This document shows, piece by piece, positions 20,058 through 29,700 of a DNA stretch of 48,504 nt. Source of the stretch: Mycobacteriales bacterium (GTDB lineage Bacteria > Actinomycetota > Actinomycetes > Mycobacteriales > DASULA01); NCBI GenBank assembly GCA_036278435.1, contig DASULA010000489.1:1-48504 (forward strand), in the 5' to 3' direction. The number at the start of each line of letters is the position of its first letter. Position 1 is the first letter of the stretch. The notes under the pieces were generated by a model. It did not search any database. It saw only the letters and a program-made list of their open reading frames with translations, and was not told the origin of the DNA. The position numbers were made by a program, and so were the translations under genes.

Positions 20058-20364
20058 GACGTCTCCCTGCCGACGGGCCGACCAACGCCGACGCTCCCAT
20101 CCTGCCGTACCCACGGCCCGAACTCACCGCCTCGGTCACGAGAGTGACAGGACCGACAACCGCGACACCACGTCGCCGGTCCGCCGGCCCACGACCGAAC
20201 GGTCCATCACGACGCGACGCTGGCTAAGTGTGTCCTGAATCACATCATGTAGTTTGCCGTATTTCTCGTTGTGACGGATCGCTCCAATCGTCGTCATCAT
20301 CCGGACCGCGTCGATCCTCCCCGCACCCGAGGAGCCGACGCCGTCCCGAGCACCGAGGGGTCCA

Positions 20365-21864
20365 ATGCACGGATTCCAGAACCGGGGGCTGGACGTGCCC
20401 CGGGGCAGCAACCCGCCCACCGGCCGGTTCGGCCGGATGTTTCCCACTCTCCAACCACGCCGCCCAACCGGACTCGGGCCCGCCGAGGCACTCGGGCTTC
20501 CCGGCGGGAAGATGGACGGTGGCCTGACCACCGACGCCCAGGGCAATCCCACGATGGACGCGGGTCTCACCTTCTTCGGCCAGTTCATCGACCACAACAT
20601 CAGTTTCGACCCGACCACCGTGCTGGGCCGGCAGATCGACCCCGAGGCGGTCCGGGACTTCCGCCCACCCCGGTTGGACATGGACAACCTCTACGGGTCC
20701 GGCCCGACCGTCATGCCCTACATCTACGATGCGCCGTCCCACTACACGAAGCTGACCCTCGCACCGGACGGTGTGGACCTGGCCCGCACCGCCGACGGCA
20801 CGGCGCTGATCGGCGACCCGCGCAACGACGAGAACATGATCCTGGCGCAACTGCACCTGGCGTTCATCAAGTTCCACAACCATGTGGTCGACGCCCTGCG
20901 GGCCGGCACGATCACCGACGTGTTCGGCAACCGGATCCCGGCCGAGCCGCCGCCGCCCGCCGGGCAGCCCGCCGGCACCGGCCTGGACGGCCTGCTGGCG
21001 TTACAGGACTACTACCACGACGTGCTGGCCGCCGCTCAGCAACTCGTGCGCTGGCACTTCCAGTGGATCGTGCTGCACGAGGTGCTGCCGGCGTTCACAG
21101 GCCGGAAGATCATCGAGGACATCGAACAGCACGGTCTCCAGTTCTTCACCCCGGCCGGCGCGCCGTTCGTGCCGGTGGAGTTCGCGGTCGCGGCGTTCCG
21201 GATCGGACACCCGACGGTGCGTTCGGACTACGTGGTGAACCCGTCGTTCTCCGCGCCGATCTTCCCGGTCGATCCGGACGCGCCGGCGGACCCCCGGTCC
21301 GACCTGCGCGGCGGGCCGGTCACCGCCGAGTTCGCGGTCGACTGGTCGAACTTCTTCCGGACCGGCCGGCACGGCAGCCCGCAGCGGGCCCGCCGGATGC
21401 TCGCGTCGCTGAACATCAGGCTGCTCACCCTGCCGGTCAGTGCGGTTCCCGGCTCCACTCCCGGCGACCTGGCCCGGCCGCTCAGCTCACTCGCGGTGCG
21501 CAACCTGCTCCGCGGTGAGACCCAGGAGCTGCCCTCCGGGCAGGACGTGGCCCGCAAGATTGGCGAGGTGCCGCTCAGCGACACCGAGCTGGGCACGCAG
21601 GGGCCGGCCCACCTGTGGTACTACGTGCTCAGGGAGGCCGAGGTGCGCCAGCACGGCGAGCACCTCGGGCCGGTGGGCGCGCGGATCGTGGCCGAGGTGC
21701 TGCTCGGGCTGCTGGATGCCGACCCGCTCAGCTACCGCTCGACCTACCCGGCCTGGACACCAACCCTCGGCGGGAAGGACGGGTTCGGCGTCGCCGACCT
21801 GCTCCGGTTCGCCGGGGTGCTCCCCGACCACGCCGACGCGCCGATCAGCGCCGCCGCGTCGTAA
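20365..21864 (+). CDS. animal-type heme peroxidase family protein
   Basis: ...GRFGRMFP...LTFFGQFIDHNISFD...GDPRNDENMILAQLHLAFIKFHNHVV...RIGHPTVR... is the typical An_peroxidase pattern. GAGGGG lies upstream of the ATG. Confidence 0.8.
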   Translation: MHGFQNRGLDVPRGSNPPTGRFGRMFPTLQPRRPTGLGPAEALGLPGGKMDGGLTTDAQGNPTMDAGLTFFGQFIDHNISFDPTTVLGRQIDPEAVRDFRPPRLDMDNLYGSGPTVMPYIYDAPSHYTKLTLAPDGVDLARTADGTALIGDPRNDENMILAQLHLAFIKFHNHVVDALRAGTITDVFGNRIPAEPPPPAGQPAGTGLDGLLALQDYYHDVLAAAQQLVRWHFQWIVLHEVLPAFTGRKIIEDIEQHGLQFFTPAGAPFVPVEFAVAAFRIGHPTVRSDYVVNPSFSAPIFPVDPDAPADPRSDLRGGPVTAEFAVDWSNFFRTGRHGSPQRARRMLASLNIRLLTLPVSAVPGSTPGDLARPLSSLAVRNLLRGETQELPSGQDVARKIGEVPLSDTELGTQGPAHLWYYVLREAEVRQHGEHLGPVGARIVAEVLLGLLDADPLSYRSTYPAWTPTLGGKDGFGVADLLRFAGVLPDHADAPISAAAS

Positions 21865-21903
21865 CCAGCTCGCCCGCCGTGTTCTCGCGGAGGAACCGGC
21901 CCA

Positions 21904-21958
21904 GTGACCGGTTACCCGCGATGTTCTCGCGGGAGAGCGTCGCGGGTAACCGGGTCAC
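21904..21958. terminator. long imperfect hairpin (GTGACCGGTTACCCGCGA ... TCGCGGGTAACCGGGTCAC) between convergent genes
   Basis: About 18-bp inverted repeat with one bulge. It overlaps the proB stop codon and lies downstream of the peroxidase stop. Confidence 0.45.
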
Positions 21959-23079
21959 AGCACGACCAGGTCGTCGCGGTGCACCACCTCGCGCCGGTGG
22001 TTCGGGTCCAGTTCCCCGGTCCGCCGACCCAGCAGCGCGGGCAGTTCGCCCGAGTCGTAGCTGACCAGGCCCCGGGCCACCGCCGCGCCGGCCGGGTCGA
22101 CCAGGTCCACCGGATCACCGGCGTCGAAGTCGCCGTGCACCGCGGTGATCCCGGCCGGCAGCAGCGACTTGCGCCGACACACCACCGCCTCCACCGCGCC
22201 GGCGTCCAGCCCGATCCGTCCACGCGGGACGGTGGCGTGCCGCAGCCAGAACAGCCGGGAGGCGGTCCGCCTCCCGGCTGGATGGAAGAACGTGCCGGCC
22301 CGCCCGGTCAACGCCTCGGCCGCACTGGCCGCGTTGGCCAGCAGCACCGGGATGCCTGCGCCGGTGGCGATCCGGGCCGCCTCCACCTTGCTGGCCATCC
22401 CGCCGGTGCCCACTCCGGACGAGCCGGTGCCGCCGGCGCGCACCCGGTCCAGATCGGCCGGTGTGCGCACCTCGGCCAGCAGCACCGCACCGGCCCGCCG
22501 GGGGTCGCCGTCGTACAGTCCATCCACATCAGACAGAAGCACCAGCGCCTCGGCCCGGACCAGGTGCGACACAAGCGCGGCCAGCCGGTCGTTGTCACCG
22601 AACCGGATCTCGTCGGTGGCCACCGCGTCGTTCTCGTTGATCACCGGCACCACGCCCAGGGTGAGCAACCGCTCCAGCGCGCGGTGGGCGTTGCGGTAGT
22701 GGGTGCGGTGGTGCAGGTCGTCGGCGCTGAGCAGCACCTGCCCGACCAGCAGTCCGTGCCGGGCGAACGACGCCGCGTAGCGTTCCACCAGCAGCATCTG
22801 CCCGACGCTGGCGGCGGCCTGCTGGGTGGCCAGGTCGGACGGTCGGCGGCGCAGCCCCAGCGGCGCCAGGCCGGCGGCGATCGCGCCGGAGGACACCAGC
22901 ACGACCTGCACTCCGGCAGCCCGCCGCGCGGCCAGCGCATCGACCAGCCGATCCAGCCGGCCGGCGTCCAACCCGCCGCCGGCCGCCGCCGAGCCGCGGC
23001 CGGCGGTCAGCGACGACGACCCGACCTTCACCACGACCCGGGCGACGCCGGTCAGGTCTCGCCCGGCACCCTGGCTCAC
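21955..23079 (-). CDS. proB: glutamate 5-kinase (with PUA domain)
   Basis: ...[11 protein letters not shown]...[23 protein letters not shown]... GTG 23079 forms a GTGA overlap with the obg stop. Confidence 0.9.
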   Translation of the reverse strand: MSQGAGRDLTGVARVVVKVGSSSLTAGRGSAAAGGGLDAGRLDRLVDALAARRAAGVQVVLVSSGAIAAGLAPLGLRRRPSDLATQQAAASVGQMLLVERYAASFARHGLLVGQVLLSADDLHHRTHYRNAHRALERLLTLGVVPVINENDAVATDEIRFGDNDRLAALVSHLVRAEALVLLSDVDGLYDGDPRRAGAVLLAEVRTPADLDRVRAGGTGSSGVGTGGMASKVEAARIATGAGIPVLLANAASAAEALTGRAGTFFHPAGRRTASRLFWLRHATVPRGRIGLDAGAVEAVVCRRKSLLPAGITAVHGDFDAGDPVDLVDPAGAAVARGLVSYDSGELPALLGRRTGELDPNHRREVVHRDDLVVL

Positions 23080-24584
23080 CCGTCCTCCCGGTCCGGTGGG
23101 TTCGCCGGGTCCTGGAAGGAGTCCGAGTCCGGCCAGTCCTGGGAATCCGGCCGGCCGTGGCCGCGGCGGGCCCGCCTGGCGGCCAGTCGCTCGGCCGCCC
23201 GGGTACGGTGCTCGCCGGCCAGCCGCGGATCGGTGCCGCGTGGTCCGGGCACCACCCGATCGGGCGCCGCGCCGGTCGGCTCCCAGTCGAACGTGACGTC
23301 CCCGATGGTCACCTCGGTGCCGGGCTCGGCACCGGCCCGGGCCAGCGCGTCCTCCACGCCGAGCCGGGCCAGCCGGTCGGCCAGGTAGCCCACCGCCTCC
23401 TCGTTGCCGAAGTCGGTCTGCCGGACCCAGCGCAGCGGGCGGGATCCGGTGACCAGGAACCGACCTGGTTCGGCCGGATCGCGTTGCACCTGGAATCCGG
23501 TGTCGTCCACGGCCACCGGGCGCAGCACGATCCGGGTCGGCTCGGGCGGCGGTTGGGCGGCCCGGTACCGCTCGACCTCGGCGGCCACGGCGTAGGCCAG
23601 GGCGTCCAGCCCGGCCCGGCTCGCGGCGCTGACCATCAGCACGGTGACACCCCGGGCGGCCAGGTCCGGCCGCACCAACTCGGCCAGGTCACGGGCGGCC
23701 GGCACGTCCACCTTGTTCAACGCGACCAGGCGCGGCCGGGTGGCCAGGTCGCCGGCCGCGCCGACCAGGGTGCCCCGGTACTGGGCCAGTTCCCGCTCGA
23801 TCGCCTCGATGTCGCTGAGCGGGTCACGGCCAGGCTCCTCGGTGGCGCAGTCCACCACGTGCACCAGCACGGCGCAGCGTTCCACGTGCCGGAGGAACTC
23901 CAGGCCCAGGCCACGGCCCTGCGCCGCGCCGGGGATCAGACCCGGCACGTCGGCCACGGTGAAGGTGGACTCCCCGGCCCGCACCACCCCCAGGTTCGGG
24001 GCGAGCGTGGTGAACGGGTAGTCGGCGATCTTCGGCCGGGCCGCGGACAGCGCCGCGACCAGCGAGGACTTGCCCGCGCTGGGGAATCCGACCAGCCCCA
24101 CGTCGGCCACGCTCTTCAGTTCCAGCACCAGATCGTGCCGCTCGCCGGGTTCGCCGAGCAGCGCGAACCCGGGCGCCCGGCGGCTGCGGGAGGCCAGCGC
24201 GGCGTTACCCAGCCCGCCGCGCCCGCCCTGGGCCGCGACGAACCGGGTGGCCGCGCCGGTGAGGTCGGCCAGCACCTCGCCGTCGGCGGACTGCACCACG
24301 GTGCCGTTGGGCACCGCCAGTTCCAGGTCGCCGCCGGCGGCACCGTTCTTGTTCCCGCCCTGCCCCTGACGCCCGGATCCGGCCCGGTGGTGCGGTCGGT
24401 GGTGGAAGTCGAGCAGGGTGTGCACGCTGGGGTCCACGACCAGGACCACGTCGCCGCCCCGGCCGCCGTTCCCACCGTCTGGGCCGCCCAGTGGCCGGTA
24501 TTTCTCCCGGTGCACCGAGGTGCAGCCGTGACCGCCGTCGCCCGCGGCGACGTGCAGCACGACACGGTCGACGAACGAGGCCAC
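23076..24584 (-). CDS. obg: GTPase Obg/CgtA
   Basis: [25 protein letters not shown]...[13 protein letters not shown]..., G-domain [10 protein letters not shown], ...DVPGLI... GTG 24584 is preceded by AAGGGGGG. Confidence 0.9.
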   Translation of the reverse strand: MASFVDRVVLHVAAGDGGHGCTSVHREKYRPLGGPDGGNGGRGGDVVLVVDPSVHTLLDFHHRPHHRAGSGRQGQGGNKNGAAGGDLELAVPNGTVVQSADGEVLADLTGAATRFVAAQGGRGGLGNAALASRSRRAPGFALLGEPGERHDLVLELKSVADVGLVGFPSAGKSSLVAALSAARPKIADYPFTTLAPNLGVVRAGESTFTVADVPGLIPGAAQGRGLGLEFLRHVERCAVLVHVVDCATEEPGRDPLSDIEAIERELAQYRGTLVGAAGDLATRPRLVALNKVDVPAARDLAELVRPDLAARGVTVLMVSAASRAGLDALAYAVAAEVERYRAAQPPPEPTRIVLRPVAVDDTGFQVQRDPAEPGRFLVTGSRPLRWVRQTDFGNEEAVGYLADRLARLGVEDALARAGAEPGTEVTIGDVTFDWEPTGAAPDRVVPGPRGTDPRLAGEHRTRAAERLAARRARRGHGRPDSQDWPDSDSFQDPANPPDREDG

Positions 24585-24706
24585 ACCCACCCCCCTTGCT
24601 GCTCTGTGTGGAATGTTCCTGGTGACGAACGAGGGGCGGGTCCGGAAGAGTCCGGCCCGCCCCTGGTGTCCCCACGCTTCTGTTGACAACGCCCCCGGGC
24701 GCCGGC

Positions 24707-24976
24707 TCAGCCCTCCGCCGACGCGGTGTCCGGGAGCACGCTGACGATCTTGCGGCCGCGCCGCGCGCCGAACTGGACCGCGCCCGCGGCGAGCGCGAAC
24801 AGCGTGTCGTCGCCGCCGCGACCCACGTTGCTGCCGGGGTGGAACTTCGTCCCACGCTGGCGGACGAGGATCTCCCCGGCGTTCACGCGCTGCCCGCCGA
24901 AACGCTTCACACCCAACCGCTGCGCGGTCGAGTCGCGTCCGTTCCGCGAGCTGGACGCACCCTTCTTGTGAGCCAT
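24707..24976 (-). CDS. rpmA: 50S ribosomal protein L27
   Basis: [28 protein letters not shown]... Confidence 0.97.
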   Translation of the reverse strand: MAHKKGASSSRNGRDSTAQRLGVKRFGGQRVNAGEILVRQRGTKFHPGSNVGRGGDDTLFALAAGAVQFGARRGRKIVSVLPDTASAEG

Positions 24977-24986
24977 GCCGGTTGTC

Positions 24987-25301
24987 CTACTTCCCGCTCT
25001 CGATACCGGTGACCTTGACCTGGGTGAGCGGCTGGCGATGGCCCATCCGACGGTGGTACCCGGTCTTGTTCCGGTAGTGGTGGATCCGGATCTTCGGTCC
25101 CTTGGTCTGCGCGACGACCTCGCCGGTGACCTCCACCGCGGCCAGGGCGTCGGCGTCGGTGGTGACGATCTCGCCGTCGACCAGCATCAGGGCGGGCAGC
25201 GTGACGGCCGTGCCCGGTCCGCCGTCGAGTTTCTCCACCTCGACCACATCGCCGACAGCTACCCGGTACTGCTTGCCGCCGGTCTTGACGATCGCGTACA
25301 C
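24987..25301 (-). CDS. rplU: 50S ribosomal protein L21
   Basis: [24 protein letters not shown]... Confidence 0.97.
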   Translation of the reverse strand: MYAIVKTGGKQYRVAVGDVVEVEKLDGGPGTAVTLPALMLVDGEIVTTDADALAAVEVTGEVVAQTKGPKIRIHHYRNKTGYHRRMGHRQPLTQVKVTGIESGK

Positions 25302-25420
25302 GAACTACTCCCGCCTGTACTCAACCAGGGTCGGGTGCCCCGACGGGCACCGCGAGACAGCGCGTCAAGGACACGCGAGGGACCAGGGTACCGGACGCGC
25401 CGGGCCAGCACCGACGCGCC

Positions 25421-25444
25421 CCGGCGCCGGTCCCCCGGCGCCGG
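25421..25444 (-). terminator. hairpin CCGGCGCCGG-TCCC-CCGGCGCCGG (10-bp stem, no U-tract)
   Basis: Read directly. It lies between the small membrane ORF stop (25460) and the rplU start. Confidence 0.3.
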
Positions 25445-25459
25445 GGCGGCTGGCGGTGA

Positions 25460-25672
25460 TCACCCCAGGATGCTCAGGATGATCACCGCCGGGATGAGCG
25501 AGATGATGCCGAGCACGAGTCCGGCGGTGGCAAGCCCGGTCGGGGCATCGCGCTTCCTACCGTGACTCAGGCCGAGACCGCCGAGGATCACCCCGAGCAT
25601 TGGCGGCATGTAGCCACTCGTGCGGAAAACCCAAATCCTCGCACCCACCATGGAACGGAATTGGGGAATCAT
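25460..25672 (-). CDS. small two-TM membrane protein (DUF4190-like)
   Basis: ...MLGVILGGLGLSHGRKRDAPTGLATAGLVLGIISLIPAVIILSILG. Start uncertain (ATG 25672 / 25651 / 25609). Confidence 0.4.
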   Translation of the reverse strand: MIPQFRSMVGARIWVFRTSGYMPPMLGVILGGLGLSHGRKRDAPTGLATAGLVLGIISLIPAVIILSILG

Positions 25673-25735
25673 CTGCTCCGGATCGACGGCCTCAGTGCCC
25701 CGGGCGGCACGGTCACCGCCCGGGGCACCGTCCAC

Positions 25736-28546
25736 TCAGGCCGACGCGCTGGTGACCGACATCGGCGGGCCCGCCGGCCGGGTGGCGGCCCGGCGGCGCC
25801 GCCGCCGCGGCGCGGTGTCCACCTCGGCTTCCTCGGAGGCCCCGGACGACGGCTGCACCGTCTCCTCGGGCACCCCGGCCGCGTGTGCGGCCGCCGCCTC
25901 GACGTCCTCCGGTGACAGGTCCGGCTCGATCGCGACCGGTTCGTCGACCGGATCCGGCGTGGACCGCCCCTTCCGCCGCCTGGAACTCTCGGTCACCGCG
26001 CCGTTCCGCCGGCGCGGTTCCTCGGTCGGTCCGGTGTGGATGATCACGCCCCGACCCCGGCACACCTCACACGGCTCGGAGAAGGCCTCCAACAGGCCCT
26101 GCCCCACCCGCTTGCGGGTCATCTGGACCAGACCCAGCGACGTCACCTCGGCCACCTGGTGCTTGGTCCGGTCCCGGCCGAGACACTCGGTCAGCCGGCG
26201 CAGCACCAGCTCGCGGTTGCTCTCCAGGACCATGTCGATGAAGTCGATGACGATGATCCCGCCGATGTCGCGCAACCTGAGCTGCCGCACGATCTCCTCG
26301 GCGGCCTCCAGGTTGTTGCGGGTGACGGTCTCCTCCAGGCTGCTGCCACCCTTACTGCCGATGAACTTGCCGGTGTTGACGTCGATCACCGCCATCGCCT
26401 CGGTGCGGTCGATGATCAGCGAACCGCCGCTGGGCAACCACACCTTGCGGTCCAGGGCCTTGGCCAGTTGCTCGTCGACCCGGTATTCGGCGAACACGTC
26501 GGATTCGGCGGTGTGCCGGTGCAGCCGGGGCATCAGGTCCGGTGCCACGTGCTCGACGTACTGCTCCAGGGTGTCCCAGGCGCCGTCACCGGAGACGACC
26601 AGCTTGCCGAAGTCCTCGTTGAAGATGTCCCGCACCACCCGGATGGCCAGGTCGGGTTCGGCGTAGAGCAGCGAGGGCACCGAGGTGCCCGAACCGGCCG
26701 CCTTCTTCTGGATGATCTCCCACTGTGCCTGGAGCCGGGCCACGTCGCGGGCCAGCTCGTCCTCGCTGGCGCCCTCGGCCGCGGTCCGGATGATCACCCC
26801 GGCGTCGTCGGGCACGATGCGCCGGAGGATGTCCTTGAGCCGCTGCCGCTCGGTGTCGGGGAGCTTGCGGCTGATGCCGGTCATCGAACCGCCCGGCACG
26901 TACACCAGGTAGCGCCCGGGAAGGCTCACCTGGCTGGTCAGCCGGGCGCCCTTGTGGCCGAGCGGGTCCTTGGTGACCTGAACCACCAGGGTGTCGCCGG
27001 ACCGGAGGACCTGTTCGATCTGGCGGGGTCGCCCGTCCAGCCCGGCCGCGTCCCAGTTGACCTCACCGGCGTAGAGGACGGCGTTGCGCCCCTTGCCGAT
27101 GTCCACGAACGCCGCCTCCATGCCGGGCAGCACGTTCTGCACCCGGCCGAGGTAGACATTGCCGGCGTAGGAGGTGGAACTGGCCCGACTGATGTAGTGC
27201 TCGACCAGGACATCGTCCTCGAGCACGGCGATCTGGGTGCGGTCGCCGCGCTGGCGCACGACCATGACCCGGTCCACCGCCTCCCGGCGGGCCAGGAACT
27301 CCGACTCGGTCAGGATCGGCGGCCGGCGCCGCCCCTGCTCGCGACCGTCCCGACGGCGCTGGCGCTTCGCCTCCAGCCGGGTGGAGCCGCGAACGGCCTG
27401 CACCTCGTCGTCGCCGGCCCTGGGCTCGCGGACGTGCACCACCGTGTTCGGCGGATCGTCACCGGAGTCAACGTCGCCGCCGGAGGCGGCGCGCCGACGG
27501 TGCCGGCGGCGCTTGGTGCCGGCGGTCGCGTCGCCGTTACCACGCTCACCGCCGCCATCGGCGCGGTCGGTCTGGGCGGTGTCGTCCTGCGGCGGCGCGG
27601 CGGACTCGCCGTCGGCCTCGCCGTCGCCGTTCTCGCCGTCGCCGCCCTTGCCCCGGCCACGGCCACGGCGCCCGCGGCGGCGGCGACGACGGTCGCCGGC
27701 GTCGCCGTCGGAGTCCGCGTCGGCGTCCCGTTCCTCGGTCGCCGGAGACTGGAGGGCTTCGTCGGTGTCCGGCTCGGTGGCCGGCCCGGTGGCCGCCGGA
27801 GCGCCGTCGGCGGCCTTGGCCCGGGTCCGCCGCCGCCTGGTCGGGACGGGTTCGTCCCCGTCCGGCTCGACCGCCTCGGCGACCCTCACGGACTTGGTGG
27901 CCTTGGCGGTCTTGGTGGCCTTGGCCGCGTTCGTGGCGGCGGGGGGCGGCAGCGGAGCCGGGGCCGGGGCGACGAACATCACGGTCGGCGGCGAGGCGGC
28001 CAGCCGCGGCGCGGCCGTTTCGGCCGGCTCACCGGCGCCGGGCTGTTCGGGCGACGGCGGGGTCGAGGCCGGCTCGGTGCCGGCGGCGTCGGTCGCCTTC
28101 CGCGCCCGGGATCGCTTTGCGGGCTCTTTTGTCGCCTTAATGTCTTTTGCGGCTTTAGTCTCGTCCGCAGTCTTCGTTGCCTTGGCGGTCTTAGTTGTTT
28201 TTGTCGCCTTCGCGGCCTTGGCCGTTTTAGTCGCCTTGGTCGGTGGCGCTGCCGCACCGCCCACGGTCACCGCGTCATCCGGTTGCGGCACCGCACCGGA
28301 CTCGTCGGTTCCCGTTCTGGCGGTGGCACGGCGTCGCGCCGCCTTCTTGGCCGGGGCGGGCGCCTCGGCCGGCGCCACGGCGGGCGCGTCGTCCGCGGGC
28401 GTGCCATCGGTCGGCGCCGCGGACTGGGGCGGCACGTCGGCGGACGAGGTCCGCTTGGTCGCCCGGCGGCGACGTGGAGGGGTCGTGTCGGTAGGGGTAT
28501 CGGCGGCAGGGGTGGTCCCTGAGCCGGTTGGCTCGCTGTCGAGCAT
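25736..28546 (-). CDS. rne: ribonuclease E (RNase E/G catalytic core flanked by long disordered Lys/Thr/Ala-, Arg- and Asp-rich regions)
   Basis: S1 domain ...GNVYLGRVQNVLPGMEAAFVDIGKGRNAVLY... Catalytic ...IIDRTEAMAVIDVNTGKF...RDIGGIIVIDFIDM... Zn-link C..C.G.G. Confidence 0.9.
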   Translation of the reverse strand: MLDSEPTGSGTTPAADTPTDTTPPRRRRATKRTSSADVPPQSAAPTDGTPADDAPAVAPAEAPAPAKKAARRRATARTGTDESGAVPQPDDAVTVGGAAAPPTKATKTAKAAKATKTTKTAKATKTADETKAAKDIKATKEPAKRSRARKATDAAGTEPASTPPSPEQPGAGEPAETAAPRLAASPPTVMFVAPAPAPLPPPAATNAAKATKTAKATKSVRVAEAVEPDGDEPVPTRRRRTRAKAADGAPAATGPATEPDTDEALQSPATEERDADADSDGDAGDRRRRRRGRRGRGRGKGGDGENGDGEADGESAAPPQDDTAQTDRADGGGERGNGDATAGTKRRRHRRRAASGGDVDSGDDPPNTVVHVREPRAGDDEVQAVRGSTRLEAKRQRRRDGREQGRRRPPILTESEFLARREAVDRVMVVRQRGDRTQIAVLEDDVLVEHYISRASSTSYAGNVYLGRVQNVLPGMEAAFVDIGKGRNAVLYAGEVNWDAAGLDGRPRQIEQVLRSGDTLVVQVTKDPLGHKGARLTSQVSLPGRYLVYVPGGSMTGISRKLPDTERQRLKDILRRIVPDDAGVIIRTAAEGASEDELARDVARLQAQWEIIQKKAAGSGTSVPSLLYAEPDLAIRVVRDIFNEDFGKLVVSGDGAWDTLEQYVEHVAPDLMPRLHRHTAESDVFAEYRVDEQLAKALDRKVWLPSGGSLIIDRTEAMAVIDVNTGKFIGSKGGSSLEETVTRNNLEAAEEIVRQLRLRDIGGIIVIDFIDMVLESNRELVLRRLTECLGRDRTKHQVAEVTSLGLVQMTRKRVGQGLLEAFSEPCEVCRGRGVIIHTGPTEEPRRRNGAVTESSRRRKGRSTPDPVDEPVAIEPDLSPEDVEAAAAHAAGVPEETVQPSSGASEEAEVDTAPRRRRRRAATRPAGPPMSVTSASA

Positions 28547-28703
28547 CCGGACTGATCTCCGTTCGGCCCCCGGGCGCGCGTCACCGCGTCACGATGCTCG
28601 CCTCCGCAGGCGTTACCACGCCTCGGACACTCGGCCGCTCGGGGGCGGCGTTCTGGCGGCCAGACGGTGCCCGACCGCACAAGTTCTCGGGTCCCGGGGC
28701 TGG

Positions 28704-29525
28704 TCAGCCCACGGGGGTGGTACCGACGGACGGCGCCGAGAGCCGCGCCGTACGGACCGGCGCCAGCGGATCGGCGAGCCGGCCACTGCCGTCCAGCCGA
28801 CCCTGCGCCATCCGGGTCACCCACGGTGGCACCGGTGGCACGAAGCCAGCGACGGCACGCAACGCGGCAAGCACGTCGTCGGGTCGCACAGCGGGCGTCA
28901 CCTGCCGCACAACCAGTTCGAGTATCGCACAGGCCGACGGAACACCCCCACAGGCGTGGGGAATCGCGCAACACGGCGTCGCGGACGAAGCCGGCGCCAC
29001 CGGCGACGCGCCGGGGTCTCCGATGGTGGCCGAATCGGCCGTACCCAGAGTGACGACAGCAGCCCGGGCGTCGATCTTCCGCCGACCGCTCTTGGTCAGC
29101 CGCTCCACCTCCACCGACTCGCTGGCTTCGAACCGCTCCACCGCGCCGCGCAGATCGTCCACGGCCACTCCGGGCAGCGCGATCCGCCACGCGCTGGCGT
29201 CGATCCACCCGGCCAGCGACCCCGGTCCGGCGTCGTGACACTCGACCACGTCCAGCCCGGCCGGCAGGGCCTGGTCCAGGGCGGCCCGGAGCAGGTCACA
29301 GTCGACCCGGTCGGCCAGGCCGATCTCCAGGTACTCCGCCTCGCTGGCCACTCCGGTCGGTGCCGCACCCAGATAGGAGACCTTCGGGTGTGGGGTGAAG
29401 CCGGCCGAATAGGCCATCGGGACGCCGGCCCGGCGCAGGGCCCGCTCGAACGCCCGGGCGAAGTCCCGGTGCGAGGTGAACCGGAGCCGGGACCGTTTGG
29501 CATAACGGATCCAGACCCGCTGCAC
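28704..29525 (-). CDS. TIGR03936-type radical SAM-associated protein (DUF2344)
   Basis: ...VQRVWIRYAKRSRLRFTSHRDFARAFERALRRAGVPMAYSAGFTPHPKVSY... Start uncertain: GTG 29525 is favoured by similarity to homologues as remembered, and the ORF could extend to TTG 29645. Confidence 0.7.
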   Translation of the reverse strand: MQRVWIRYAKRSRLRFTSHRDFARAFERALRRAGVPMAYSAGFTPHPKVSYLGAAPTGVASEAEYLEIGLADRVDCDLLRAALDQALPAGLDVVECHDAGPGSLAGWIDASAWRIALPGVAVDDLRGAVERFEASESVEVERLTKSGRRKIDARAAVVTLGTADSATIGDPGASPVAPASSATPCCAIPHACGGVPSACAILELVVRQVTPAVRPDDVLAALRAVAGFVPPVPPWVTRMAQGRLDGSGRLADPLAPVRTARLSAPSVGTTPVG

Positions 29526-29700
29526 GATCGGCCGGGCCGGCGGCGTGTTCGGACGTCGCTGGTTCAGGGTTCGCTCCTGGATGATCGGGTTCTGCCCCTC
29601 GTCGAGGCAGGAAATACCAACATGACAGTATCCGTTCTCAGGCAAACAGCACCATTCAGCCTCATTACTCTGGGCCGCGAGGCGCTCGGCGGGCGGCGGC

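Noticed and set aside
20135-20148. GTCAC-GAGA-GTGAC palindrome upstream of the MoxR ATPase gene, as a possible operator.
   Set aside because: With 5-bp arms it is too short to distinguish from chance in this sequence, and there is no second copy nearby.
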